A stretch of 63,648 bases of DNA, the filler included, from Octopus bimaculoides (Eukaryota): NCBI RefSeq assembly GCF_001194135.2. It is 5 parts of 4 records of this genome, joined end to end, with 100 filler letters (N's around TTAATTAATTAA, not from the genome) between each part and the next. Parts side by side here need not be neighbours in the genome. Positions count along the whole stretch, not along the records: positions 1 to 9,060 come from NC_069001.1; positions 9,161 to 33,740 come from NC_068982.1; 3 more parts are not named here. The stretch is one strand, 5' to 3'. The first letter of the stretch is position 1. Each line of letters starts with the position of its first letter. Of the stretch, positions 1-11,629 are shown piece by piece. Under the pieces are notes generated by a model. That model had not been told where the DNA came from. It worked only from the letters and a program-made list of their open reading frames with translations, and did no database searches. A program made the position numbers and the translations under genes.

Positions 1-1145
1 TTGTAAATTTTGTGGTGTCTGTTCTTTCTTTTTTTCTGTGGGGAGAGGGGGTGGGTGGGTTTGGTGTTTGTATGAGGAGAGTGGGTCTGAGTGGTCTTTG
101 GTGGGATAGAGTTGGTCTGGGGTTCCACATTACACTGACTGTTCTTTCTCTTCTTTCTCTTTTTCCTTTTATTCTGTCACTGTTCATTCATCCTCCTTGT
201 TTTTTCCATCTATCTGTACTTCTTCCTTTTTCTCCTCCGTCTCCAGCACTGCTTCTTCTGTCATTTTCGTCTGTAGAGGGCAGTGAGCTCTAATGTGGCC
301 TTTCTGGTCACATTTAAAGCATCGTGGAACTCTGCCCTCTACACATACTCTCAATACTATTTCTCCCAACGTCACCGTCTTCGCCAAATTTTCCAGCTGC
401 TTCGCCTCCGATTTTATGATGATTTCCAATGTTTTTCCTCTATATCCTCCTTCCTCCGTCTCTGTAGCTTGGAGGACAGCCACCTCCTCCTCACTACCAA
501 TGAGGACGGCTGCCGCAACCTAAGCCACTTCTATATCGGGTGGGATTCCTTCTACCCTCACCTAAGAAGTCTTTCTTTCAAGGTACGGGGGTAGAAGTAG
601 ACTTTCTCCGTTCTCACCGTTCTACTCGCCAGCCTCTTTGCCTCCTCCGCTGTCCTAAACTGGACAACCACTGTCTCATATCCATTTCTTTTCGCTATGT
701 ATATCACTTCATTCGAAAGCCCCTTCAATGCTTTTTCTACTTTTTCCATCTCCACCCGCTACACCTTCCCTACTCTCCACTGAGTACACCTTGTAAGTAA
801 TGGTCTTCTTTTCCATATTTTGCATAACCCTTTTCGGGGTAATAACTTTACGTCACCGAGCACCTTCTGTGTCATCTTACACAGCTCCTTCTGTCCGGCT
901 AGGTCCACCTCCCTTTTCTTCACCTCTTCAGCCTCAGCGAAACTCTTTACTCTTTCCAAATGCTCTTCCATTCTATTTACCGCCTTAACGAGCTCCTCCT
1001 CCGCTGAGGACAGCTCATACTCGCTAAGGTCTGAATACATTTTTTCCACCGGTATAACACTCACTGACAACCGCTGCCAAGCAGCTCAAAAAATCCTGTC
1101 CGACTCGTCAAAAATCAACACAACGAATAGGCCGACGCATGCGCA
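1..1145 (-). mobile_element. 5' end and frameshifted ORF1 (gag-like, CCHC zinc knuckle) of a Tx1/L1-group LINE; runs off the window start
   Basis: Three consecutive minus-strand ORFs (1070-759, 755-558, 483-184) join into one reading, starting MYSDLSEYELSSAEEE (ATG 1040) and containing VCVEGRVPRCFKCDQKGHIRAHCP (C-X2-C-X4-H-X4-C), followed by a K/E-rich tail. GC-richer than the flanks. Confidence 0.75.
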
Positions 1146-1185
1146 GGAAGCAAGCTTCTTACCACACAGCCACTCCTGTGCCTTA
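1146..1185 (-). mobile_element. tRNA-derived SINE family A, 5' head fragment, truncated at the LINE junction
   Basis: Reverse complement GGCACAGGAGTGGCTGTGTGGTAAGAAGCTTGCTTCC matches the heads of the copies at 32681 and 57872. Confidence 0.8.
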
Positions 1186-1208
1186 TATATTATTACTATA
1201 TTTTTTTA

Positions 1209-1482
1209 AACCTGGTACTTATTCTCTCGCCTCTTTTGCTGAACCGCTCGGTTAAACACACAGGTGTCAAGCGGTGCTGAGGGACAAACACAGACACGCA
1301 CACACACATAAACACACATACATATACATATGTATATACACATATACATGCATACATACATACATAAATACATACATACATACATATGTGTGTGTGTGTG
1401 TATGTATATATGTATGTTATCGATTTTGTATCTAGACAGAATAGACAGAACAGTATATGTATGTGTGTGTGTGTTTGTATGT

Positions 1483-1551
<69 letters not shown>

Positions 1552-1691
1552 GTGAACTTCTTTCTGTTTTAATTTACCAAATCCACTCACAGGGCTTTTC
1601 ATGGTTCGAGGTTATAGGAGAAGACACTTGCCGGAACCCGGAACCATATGGTCGGGAACAAAACTTCTCATCACACACCTTTGCCTGCGTT
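1209..1691 (-). mobile_element. SINE family A copy with an internal (TG)n/(TA)n expansion
   Basis: Head and body at 1545-1691 (ccaaatccactcacagggctt), tail at 1209-1300, microsatellite between them, as in other copies. Confidence 0.7.
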
Positions 1692-2819
1692 TATACATAC
1701 GCTCGCACGTAAGCACGTAAGCACACATGTATGCACGCACACACACACCAACACATAGACACACACACACACACACACATATATCTACATACATGTCAAC
1801 AAAAGAAATATTAGTGGAACATTCACATCAAAACTTCTATCAAGTACGACCATAAAAGGCCAGACAGAGATATTTCGGATAGAATCATAGCGGTTAGTTG
1901 ATCTGCTGAAGTGAATAGCTCTTCTAAAAGCAACAAGAATGAGAATATTAATAGACAACTGTTTCGAAACCTGCATCTCCTCTACCCTGAATATAAATTC
2001 ACATTTATACCAGTAATTACTGGTGCACTTGTTTATATTAGTAAATGGTTAAATTGGAGAAGTTAGTGTTTTCAAGTATAGAAAAGTACAAACTGACATG
2101 CATTTTACAGACACCATTTTTAAGTGAAGCTGCAAATATGTGCAAGACTGACATAGTTATCGTTATTGTGATCCAGATACCGGCGATGGAAGTATTGTTT
2201 CTTTGTAATTTGCGGAAGATTTTGGTTGCTATTTCTAGGAGCTCATGTCATCACATAAGGCCACGCTCGATAGCATGAAGATGAAGTATGTAGACATCTC
2301 TTGGGTGATCCGAGTAGAAAGAGAAACGCATGAATTGTCACAGAAGTATAAATAACAAGTTTTGTGCTACACATCAGTAAGCAAACACCTGTTACATTTC
2401 GACACCAGTTTAATCCCGGTTCACCCTCACCATCCAATCCACATATGTCCTTGTCACACTCCTAAAATTTCAATTAAGAGTGTCAATAAATTAAATTATT
2501 AATGTCTGGTCGGACAACTCTACCTTTCATCTGTATTTTCATTCAAAATTTAGACTTCAGTTTTGTTTGCATATTCTCCAATTATCTTCAGGTGTCATGC
2601 TTCGTCCGTGCTTGTTTTGATCTCAGTAACAATAAAATATCAAAGCTGGCACCTTAAAGTATTTAGTCTCATCACTGGGACTCAATGTCTATGGTTGGAT
2701 GGCACTCTTGACAGCTCTCACTTGAAATATGTTCGTAATTCTGGCATTATAAGGGCGGGGTGTTTTTACTCCAAGGAGCACTAACTGCAATTAATAAAAT
2801 GCTTGTTTTCTGTTTCTCT

Positions 2820-3180
2820 TCCGGCACAAGGCCCCAGTGAATCCATAATCCCAGTTGCTTTTTGTAATTACTATAGCGTAAATAATTGTTATTGATAGGG
2901 GCATAAGGGCAAAAATATTGGAGGCAGGGCAGAGGAAATACCACCAAGAAAAGAAATGTTTTCTAATGGAAGATTCAGTCCCTACAGACGATAATATATC
3001 TCTGAAATGAATGGAGAATTTAGTCAAATATATAAAGACCTCGTCTGGAAATAGAGATAACGAGAATGCAGAATGGAAGTGGTGGTGGTGGTGGGTGAAA
3101 ACATAAACAATCCCCACAAAGATAGGTGCCTTGGGAATAATTAAAAAACATTCATAGAAATACGTAACCAAAACCACATT
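2820..3180 (+). mobile_element. Degenerate R4/Dong LINE restriction-like endonuclease (RLE) fragment
   Basis: Manual translation with stops and frameshifts: HQEKKCFLM..SVPTDDNISLK*MENLVKY..EIEITRM..TIPTKIGALGIIKKHS*KYVTKT. Confidence 0.65.
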
Positions 3181-3384
3181 ATATATGTGTATATGTACAC
3201 GCACACACTAACACACACACACTAACACACACACGCACACATGCATACACACCCACACCTCACTCATACACGCGCGCGCGCGCACACACACACACGCTCG
3301 CACGCACAGCATACAGCAAATAGTAGTGTTAAACACTGTACGTGTGTTGTGCATGCTATTTTTGGTATTTTAATACAATGGAAA

Positions 3385-3487
3385 ATAAAGTTAACCTCGG
3401 CGAAATTTTAACACAGAACGAAACATACGGACAAAATGCCGCTAAGCATTTAGTCCAGCGTGCTAACGATTCTGTCAGCAAGCCACT
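3385..3487 (-). mobile_element. SINE family B head fragment
   Basis: cgctaagcattt...gtgctaacgattctg matches the full-length copy at 39277-39509. Confidence 0.7.
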
Positions 3488-3488
3488 T

Positions 3489-3489
3489 A

Positions 3490-3527
<38 letters not shown>

Positions 3528-3536
3528 TGATGATGC

Positions 3537-3582
<46 letters not shown>

Positions 3583-3585
3583 AAT
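3489..3585. repeat. Compound (AAT)n(GAT)n microsatellite
   Basis: Seen directly. Confidence 0.95.
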
Positions 3586-3865
3586 TATAATATCAAGAGA
3601 AGAATCTTCCAGGGGCACAGTATATCCCCACTGATATTCGTGCTAGGAATGATCCCCTTGTGTGAAATACTACAGAAAACAAAGTTGGGATATGATCTGG
3701 GAAGAGGTAAGGGAAAACTAAAACCACTTGCTGTTCATGGACGATCTAAAGCTATTCACAAAAACTGAGGCAGAACTGAACAGCTTAGTGCAGTCTGTGC
3801 GGATTTTCTCCAATAATATTAAGATGGCGTTTGAACTCTCGTAATGTGCTACGACGGTGATGAGA
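3586..3865 (+). mobile_element. R4/Dong LINE reverse transcriptase fragment
   Basis: IKRRIFQGHSISPLIFVLGMIPL...(frameshift)HLLFMDDLKLFTKTEAELNSLVQSVRIFSNNIKMAFELS*CA, i.e. the QG-x-S-x-SP and FMDD motifs in R4-type context. Confidence 0.85.
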
Positions 3866-4096
3866 ATTCCGATTTCTCTGACATATTTCTCGAACTTGGT
3901 TGTTTAGTGCTCCGAGTTCCCCTACGACTGGTGGAATGACATAACTCTCCTCATAGCCCACATTCTTGCAGTTTAGTCTTTTAATAGTCTGTACTTTTCA
4001 ATCTTTTCTAGTTCTTTGTCACTTATGCGTGCAACTCCATGTGTTGCAATATCTATGATCTTGGTTTCCCATTTTCCTTCATCTACCACATAAAAA
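3866..4096 (-). mobile_element. R4/Dong RLE C-terminal fragment, inverted
   Basis: ETKIIDIATHGVARISDKELEKIEKYRLLKD*TARMWAMRRV...KFEKYVREIGI. Confidence 0.8.
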
Positions 4097-4097
4097 C

Positions 4098-4545
4098 AAA
4101 TAATGAAAATAGACCCTAACACCAAATGCAGTATGTACAACAAGCACAATGGCACAGTTGACCACATCATCTCTGACTGTCTAGTCCTTGCCAAATCTGA
4201 ATATATATATATACACACACACACACACATATNNNNNNNNNNNNNNNNNNNNNNNNNNNNNNNNNNNNNNNNATATATATACATATGCGGACACGACCGA
4301 GTAAGTAGTTATATCCACTGGACAATATGTCAACACTACAACATAAAAGCCGACAATAAACATGTGCCAAACAAGGTACAAGACAACGACCAGGTCAGAA
4401 TCATCTGAGATATGCCTGTTCTAACCGGCAAAGAAATAAAAGTTAATCGCCCAGACAAAGTAATCAAGGAATGGTAAAAATATACCTGATTACTGACAAA
4501 CATTGCAGTCCCTTCTGGCCAAAATATTGTCCATAAAGAAGTAAC
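4098..4545 (+). mobile_element. R4/Dong CCHC and RLE fragment, interrupted by a (TA/CA)n expansion and a gap
   Basis: KCSMYNKHNGTVDHIISDCLVLAKSEY..HDRVSSYIHWTICQHYNIK..VRII*DMPVLTGKEIKVNRPDKVIK..IAVPSGQNIVHKEV. Confidence 0.85.
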
Positions 4546-4551
4546 ACACGA

Positions 4552-4970
4552 CATTCTAGCGACATTCTAAAGACTGGGCGTCTTGTATCCCTCTCTTATA
4601 TTTTTCATCTTTTCAAAGAAAATATTTCTTCCAGCGTTCACTATTTTACCCCTCGTTCTGATCTAATGACCCACCATGTTTGTTTTCGTTCGTCTCCCTT
4701 GTATGTCTCCTCTGTCCTCTTTTGTTCCTAACTTTGACCCTCCATAAAATCCAAAATTTATCTTGGAAGTTATGGGAATAACTGTCTTCAGAGACTCATA
4801 TTGTAGTTGAATGCTCGAAATGAATAGACAGCCGACAACTGATGAAGGATCGTTCTTTGTGTTACTTGTCCTGTTTTCAATTTTTCTCTCTCGTTGTTTA
4901 CGTATTGAAGTGCTTGTTTTCGTATTTCATGTTGTTTACAGTTGGTGACGTCTTGTACCCATATGTACGC
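4552..4970. repeat. Unclassified interspersed repeat, copy 1
   Basis: Collinear with 6103-6525 over about 400 bp (gacattcta..gact, aaagaaaatatttcttccagc, ggaagttatggga, gacagccgacaa, cttgtcctgttttcaattttt). Confidence 0.75.
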
Positions 4971-5027
4971 ATACATATATATATAAATATATATATATAT
5001 ATACATACATACATATATTATTCACTT

Positions 5028-5059
<32 letters not shown>

Positions 5060-6102
5060 NNNNNNNNNNNNNNNNNNNNNNNNNNNNNNNNNNNNNNNNN
5101 NNNNNNNNNNNNNNNNNNNNNNNNNNNNNNNNNNNNNNNNNNNNNNNNNNNNNNNNNNNNNNNNNNNNNNNNNNNNNNNNNNNNNNNNNNNNNNNNNNNN
5201 NNNNNNNNNNNNNNNNNNNNNNNNNNNNNNNNNNNNNNNNNNNNNNNNNNNNNNNNNNNNNNNNNNNNNNNNNNNNNNNNNNNNNNNNNNNNNNNNNNNN
5301 NNNNNNNNNNNNNNNNNNNNNNNNNNNNNNNNNNNNNNNNNNNNNNNNNNNNNNNNNNNNNNNNNNNNNNNNNNNNNNNNNNNNNNNNNNNNNNNNNNNN
5401 NNNNNNNNNNNNNNNNNNNNNNNNNNNNNNNNNNNNNNNNNNNNNNNNNNNNNNNNNNNNNNNNNNNNNNNNNNNNNNNNNNNNNNNNNNNNNNNNNNNN
5501 NNNNNNNNNNNNNNNNNNNNNNNNNNNNNNNNNNNNNNNNNNNNNNNNNNNNNNNNNNNNNNNNNNNNNNNNNNNNNNNNNNNNNNNNNNNNNNNNNNNN
5601 NNNNNNNNNNNNNNNNNNNNNNNNNNNNNNNNNNNNNNNNNNNNNNNNNNNNNNNNNNNNNNNNNNNNNNNNNNNNNNNNNNAGTAAATAAAACATATTT
5701 ACTAGGCAAATTCTCTTCAGTAACCAGCCGTCAAAGATTAACGTATAACTATGAGACAAAAGGCAAAACGCACATGTCTCCTAGATATATGTTATAATTT
5801 TTTCAAAATCCACTGCGCAGGAGCAGTTTCATTAAGCAGATGAAAAATGCCAAAATGAACTTTGAAACGCTAATATCAAATACATGAGTATATATAAAGA
5901 GTAGCAAAACTCTACAAAATTTTAAGATAAGCTTACATGGAAATGGATGCGTGGCGTTCAGTTAAATAAGAATCTCTCTCTCTCTTTCTCTCTCCTCCTT
6001 TTTCTCCTTTTCTCTCTCTCGTTGCTCACACGTGACCATCGTCCATCTTTCTTTTCCTCAAGTGACCATCTTTCTTTTCCTCATGTGACCATCTTTCTTT
6101 TC

Positions 6103-6525
6103 CTAAGTGACATTCTAAGGACTGGACGTCTACCATCCCACTCTTCTATCTTTTCTCTTTTGAAAGAAAATATTTCTTCCAGCATTCACTATTTTCTCCT
6201 CGTTCTGGTCTAACGACCCTCCATGTTTGTTTTCATTCGGTTTCCTTGTATGTCTCCACTGTCCTGTTTTTGTTCCTAACTTAGACTCTCCATAAAATCT
6301 AAAATTTATTTTGGAAGTTATGGGATCAACTGTCTTCGAAGACTTCTATTGTCGTTGAATGCTCGAAATTTGGAGTAGATTGACAGCCGACAAGTGATGA
6401 ACGGTTGTTCTCCGTGCTACTTGTCCTGTTTTCAATTTTTTCTCTCGTTATTTGCGTATCTAACTCGTTTGTTTTCATATTTCATGTTGTTTACAGTTGG
6501 TTACGTCCTGTACCTATATATGCAT
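6103..6525. repeat. Unclassified interspersed repeat, copy 2
   Basis: Direct, diverged copy of 4552-4970. Confidence 0.75.
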
Positions 6526-6600
6526 ATATATATATATATATATATATATTATTTATATTATTATTTCATTGAACACCACGCATCCATTTCCAAGTAAGTT

Positions 6601-6638
<38 letters not shown>

Positions 6639-8014
6639 NNNNNNNNNNNNNNNNNNNNNNNNNNNNNNNNNNNNNNNNNNNNNNNNNNNNNNNNNNNNNN
6701 NNNNNNNNNNNNNNNNNNNNNNNNNNNNNNNNNNNNNNNNNNNNNNNNNNNNNNNNNNNNNNNNNNNNNNNNNNNNNNNNNNNNNNNNNNNNNNNNNNNN
6801 NNNNNNNNNNNNNNNNNNNNNNNNNNNNNNNNNNNNNNNNNNNNNNNNNNNNNNNNNNNNNNNNNNNNNNNNNNNNNNNNNNNNNNNNNNNNNNNNNNNN
6901 NNNNNNNNNNNNNNNNNNNNNNNNNNNNNNNNNNNNNNNNNNNNNNNNNNNNNNNNNNNNNNNNNNNNNNNNNNNNNNNNNNNNNNNNNNNNNNNNNNNN
7001 NNNNNNNNNNNNNNNNNNNNNNNNNNNNNNNNNNNNNNNNNNNNNNNNNNNNNNNNNNNNNNNNNNNNNNNNNNNNNNNNNNNNNNNNNNNNNNNNNNNN
7101 NNNNNNNNNNNNNNNNNNNNNNNNNNNNNNNNNNNNNNNNNNNNNNNNNNNNNNNNNNNNNNNNNNNNNNNNNNNNNNNNNNNNNNNNNNNNNNNNNNNN
7201 NNNNNNNATATATATATATATATATATACATATGCATACACAAACACACATACAGTAAGAGACAGACAACGTAGAGAAATACATGAAAAGATCTTTTTGT
7301 TTTACATTTAAAAAAAACGGAGCAAAACAGAAGAGATAATTAGGAAGGAAGAAAGGAAGGAAGGAAGACATTGGTAATGAATGAAAAAAGATGAGAGAAA
7401 TGTAAATAAATCAACAACCATAAAACAACAAAACAAATAAACCATAAACAGCAAACAATAGAAAGTTTTCCAGTAAATAATTTATTGAAGTGATTTTTGT
7501 TTCTTTTCTACCAAGACACAATGCATTGCTTCTAGAGTTGGTTGTTAAGCACTGTGAAGTTTTCGGGGATGATTAGGTCACTAGGTCATCGGGTCACTAG
7601 GTCATTTAGTCATTTGGCTTCAATGATTGTATCTGTATTCTGTGTTGCACTGGACATTGGTCAGTGTTTGCACTGACCAATCAATGTCTAGACGAGACAG
7701 AAGACAAAACTTATAACTTCTTTTTTTTTAGTGGCGTTACATGTTTTGGCTTCTTTCTTATCTCTTCCTCCAAAACGGTCTTCATTTCCGGATAAAGGAA
7801 TGCTGGGTGGAAAGTGTCTGCCTTACATCATCTTTCTCATAGTGTTAGGCTTTTGAGAGAGAGAGAGACGAAGAGATAGACAGAAGGGAGGGAACAGATG
7901 AAAGAGTTAGAAACAAAGAGAGAGGAGTGGAAAGAACGCGAGTCAAAGGCAAAGAGACGCAGAGAGAAAGAAAGAGAGAGAGAGAGAGAGAAGGTGGAAG
8001 GTTTACAGAGACAG

Positions 8015-8044
<30 letters not shown>

Positions 8045-8045
<1 letters not shown>

Positions 8046-8719
8046 CAGAATTTGCGAAAACATCACAGAGATCATGATATTTCTGGTTGAAAAGGAGTAT
8101 CTCATAAGACTTGACAGACTAGGGTAGTACATCAACTGGAATGCTTGTAAATACTACAAAATTAAATCCCATGATAAGTGGTACAGGTACCATCCAGAGG
8201 ATGTAGTAAATGGCGAAGGCGTCACTATCCTTTGGAACTTCCCAATACAAACAGACAGAAAGATTGACTCCAATCGACCAGACATTGTGATCAAGGACTA
8301 CAACAGAGGAACTTGTCTGTTAATAGATATGTCTGTCCAACAAGATCAAAATGTCTGAAGAAAGGAATACGAAAATCTTTCTCACTATAAAGATCTGCAA
8401 ATTGAAATCACAAAAAATGTGGAAGAAGCTTAGTACTACGATAATACCAGTAGTAATTGGTGCGTTGAGAATGATGAAGAAGGGAGCTGAGAAGTATATT
8501 AAGCAACTCCCTGGTAACTCCAATCTCCGTGAACTACAAAGGATAACCTTGATGCGTACAGCCCGTATACTACGGAAAGCATTTCCCATTTAAAATGGAA
8601 TAAATGTGGTGATACTTTTAGCATGCATAGCAAAACAAAAACGCCCTTGCTACTCTTGGCCTCCGGAGTATGCCTGGTACTAAGGCAACTGAAATAAAGC
8701 TATGATGAAAAGAAACCAT
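8045..8719 (+). mobile_element. 5'-truncated R4/Dong LINE (RLE C-terminus and 3' UTR) embedded in (AAT)n
   Basis: YINWNACKYYKIKSHDKWYRYHPEDVVNGEGVTILWNFPIQTDRKIDSNRPDIVIKDYNRGTCLLIDMSV..KDLQIEITK/MWKKLSTTIIPVVIGAL..RTARILRKAFPI* (stop 8593). (AAT)n at about 8016-8044 and 8720-8801. Confidence 0.9.
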
Positions 8720-8720
8720 A

Positions 8721-8801
<81 letters not shown>

Positions 8802-8802
<1 letters not shown>

Positions 8803-8955
8803 GAAGTATCTTACTGATAAATGGCAAGAAAAACATCTCAATGGCAAATACCCAAAGAGAGCTAATGGTGTCTATGCATTTGACTAAAAATTCTTCAAGG
8901 CGGTGCCCCAGCATGACCGCAGTCAAATGACTGAAGCAATTAACTAAGATGAAAA
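8802..8955 (+). mobile_element. Short Dong-like fragment fused to a SINE 3' tail
   Basis: KWQEKHLNGKYPKRANG, then ttcaaggcggtgccccagcatgaccgcagtcaaatgactgaa, matching SINE A tails. Confidence 0.55.
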
Positions 8956-9060
8956 ATAGAGAAGGGATTTGCGAGTGCGAGTCTATTGTCCATTTGATCA
9001 CAAGAACGTCATAACCAACAGAACATTACCATAAATATTTCCAGTCTAGTTTAAAACCCC

Positions 9061-9160
9061 NNNNNNNNNNNNNNNNNNNNNNNNNNNNNNNNNNNNNNNN
9101 NNNNTTAATTAATTAANNNNNNNNNNNNNNNNNNNNNNNNNNNNNNNNNNNNNNNNNNNN
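9061..9160. other. Artificial scaffold spacer N-TTAATTAATTAA-N (also at 33741-33840, 56953-57052 and 61034-61133)
   Basis: An identical 12-mer centred in a 100-nt N block occurs four times. It is an assembly join marker, so adjacency across it is not sequence-verified. Confidence 0.9.
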
Positions 9161-9176
9161 GATGATGATGATGATG

Positions 9177-9209
<33 letters not shown>

Positions 9210-9873
9210 ACTCTTCGAAACGCCTGTGTTAGAATGGGGGTAGCTGATGAAGGAAAATGTTCTCTATGTGGCCTGTGTGTTTTCTGTACTCTGGTTATTA
9301 TTATTTTTTTGTCCACATTTTGTTTGCAATGTCCTGTACCCAGATTTGCACCTATATATACAGGTAGATGTAGGTATGCACATACTTGTACGTATATATG
9401 CATATACTCATTTATTATTTGTTTTATATATATGTATATATATATATATGTGTTTGTGTGTGTGTGTGTAGAGAGAGAGAAAAAAAATTTTTTTAACTAT
9501 ATGTTCCGTTTAGAAAATTTGAATTATGCAACCAACTCCAAGTCATATCACACCCGGATTGAACTATTTTAGTCTATTTTCAAGCTATTTATTTATTCAT
9601 TCCATTCTGTAGTTATCACTATAGTTGCCAATGATCAGTCACTCTGTACACTATGCATATGTCCATTTCATATTTGTTCAGTTAACATTTGAGGAGTTAT
9701 CTTCTTTGCCCATTTTCAGAGCTGTTCATCAACACTAATGACATTTCTTCTTCTTCCAGTTATAGTTGCTGTTGATTGAAAATTGTTTTAGACTGACCAC
9801 CTCAGCTATATGTTCTTAATGCAGAAAAGCAACAAGACAACCTTAGGAAATTTTGATATCTCTCTTTCTCTCT

Positions 9874-9907
<34 letters not shown>

Positions 9908-10255
9908 TGTGAGTGTGTGTGTGTGTGTGGTATTAATATTTGACAAAATACTTTGTAGTATTTATTTACATTACCTACCAAATTTCACCTGGTAAAATCA
10001 ACTGTTCGTCTTTCTAGGTTTGATGAAGTACTTTCTCTCTTGGTCAACCCACTCATTCCACACACGCACACATATGCCTGCACACACAAACACACACACA
10101 GGCTTTTAAAGGCAATGACTCAGCATGGTGACAGTTCTATAGTCAATGCATTTTCAGTCTTAGCAAATCTTGGCAAGTTATATTGTGGATGTATGGTTTG
10201 GTTAATTGAATTCTTGAAAACTAGGGATTGGAGAAAAAAAATATTGGACGGGGAC

Positions 10256-10313
<58 letters not shown>

Positions 10314-10899
10314 TGAGAGAAGCAGTTACTCAATCACAATAAACCTGTGAAAATTCTGCTTATTTTTATTCAGATATGGTCAGGTATTAGAGTAGTGGAT
10401 AAACTATAAGCTAATGCTCTTTTTAGCTTGCATCATCTTGTCAAAAATGTTGTTTTTTTTTGTTAGGTCTGGAGTTACGTGGTCTTCACAAGCTCTCCAA
10501 GACCAACAAAATTGATACTGCTGAAGTATCATGTAAACTATTTCAAGTTTATGTCTAAAAAAAAAAATGTGGTGAGAGAATTGCAGTTGGTCCACCTTCT
10601 TGGAATGAAAGACTAGGCATAGTGGTTAGTGTAGGGTCTCTGGTGATGATTAATGGCTGGGGAGACTATGGATAATAGGAAGAGAGACAAATGAATTAGG
10701 AGTGCGTAAGTGAAAATGACATAAAACCAGAGGTCATAATAGTAGTTGTAGTTGAAAAGGTAGAGAGAAAAAAGCATGTCTGTGTGTGGTGGTGGTGGGG
10801 GACTTTATGCCACTTAGTGGATTGGTCCTTCTCTGGATGTGGCCCAGAATGTTTGTATGTATGTATTAGCAGCACCATCTTAAATGTAAGAGTACTAGT

Positions 10900-11130
10900 T
10901 TATTGAGAGCTTTCCTGAGCTTAGTTGAAAATCAGAGATTGAATCAGTTGGAGGCTGAAGTATTCTATGGTTCTGAATTTGAAAGGAAGGGCTATTCTTT
11001 GGGATGCAGTTCTAACCATGTGATGGATGTGCATCTGCCATGAGATATCTTCAGTGAATGTGAGGTCTAACATTTGAAACAATCCTGAAGGCTGTAGTTG
11101 CATGATTTTCATGTTTGAGGCAAGTGAGGT
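10900..11130 (-). mobile_element. Degenerate CR1/Jockey-group LINE RT remnant
   Basis: LDLTFTEDISWQMHIHHMVRTASQRIAL resembles the LG(L/V)xFxxDLSWxxHIxxIxxxASxRL segment downstream of the RT core. Confidence 0.55.
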
Positions 11131-11629
11131 GTAATGATTTTTTTCTTTTTTATATTAGCTATGCTTATGTGTATATTGTGATTGACTTTTATTAGTCTTG
11201 TGTAAAATGTATAAAATGCACCCATATTAACCCATATGGAAGCAAATCATTCAGGAAACTTTACGTTGGCTTACATTAAAATGCTTTAATTTAGCTGTGA
11301 AATCTAGAAATTGACACTGGGATATGTTTTAGGTAAAAGCTTGACTCTGAAGTAGTAAAACTTTCCTCTACTTTATCTTTGAACACTGTGCCAGATTTAG
11401 TTTCCTAACTGATTTAGCTATATTTATGGCAATATATCTGTTTATCCAGGAAGCCAACAACAGAATATTTCTGCTGTCAGGAAACTATTTTAACTCTGTC
11501 TAATTATATAATGTTTGTCAAAGTAGGAATGGCTAATGAATTCAGGAAAGAATAGACAACTCCATTTAGTTTCTCCTTCCTTCTTTCATACACACTCACA
11601 TACTGGCACTGGTTATGATGACTAGGTTA

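Noticed and set aside
4842-7371. Long ORFs of 200-280 aa in the track (also at 45, 49, 51, 54 and 55 kb)
   Set aside because: Composed of X from N gaps plus YI/CV/HT dinucleotide translations.
9106-9117. Recurrent TTAATTAATTAA palindrome (four copies)
   Set aside because: Always centred in a 100-nt N block; an assembly spacer, not biology.
9211-9255. GAAACGCC...CTGATGAAGG as a type II hammerhead
   Set aside because: No UH site with a paired stem I, and stem II has at most 3 bp.
10374-10383. 10-nt microexon candidate (ttcag|ATATGGTCAG|gtatta)
   Set aside because: Weak donor; expected by chance in AT-rich intron.
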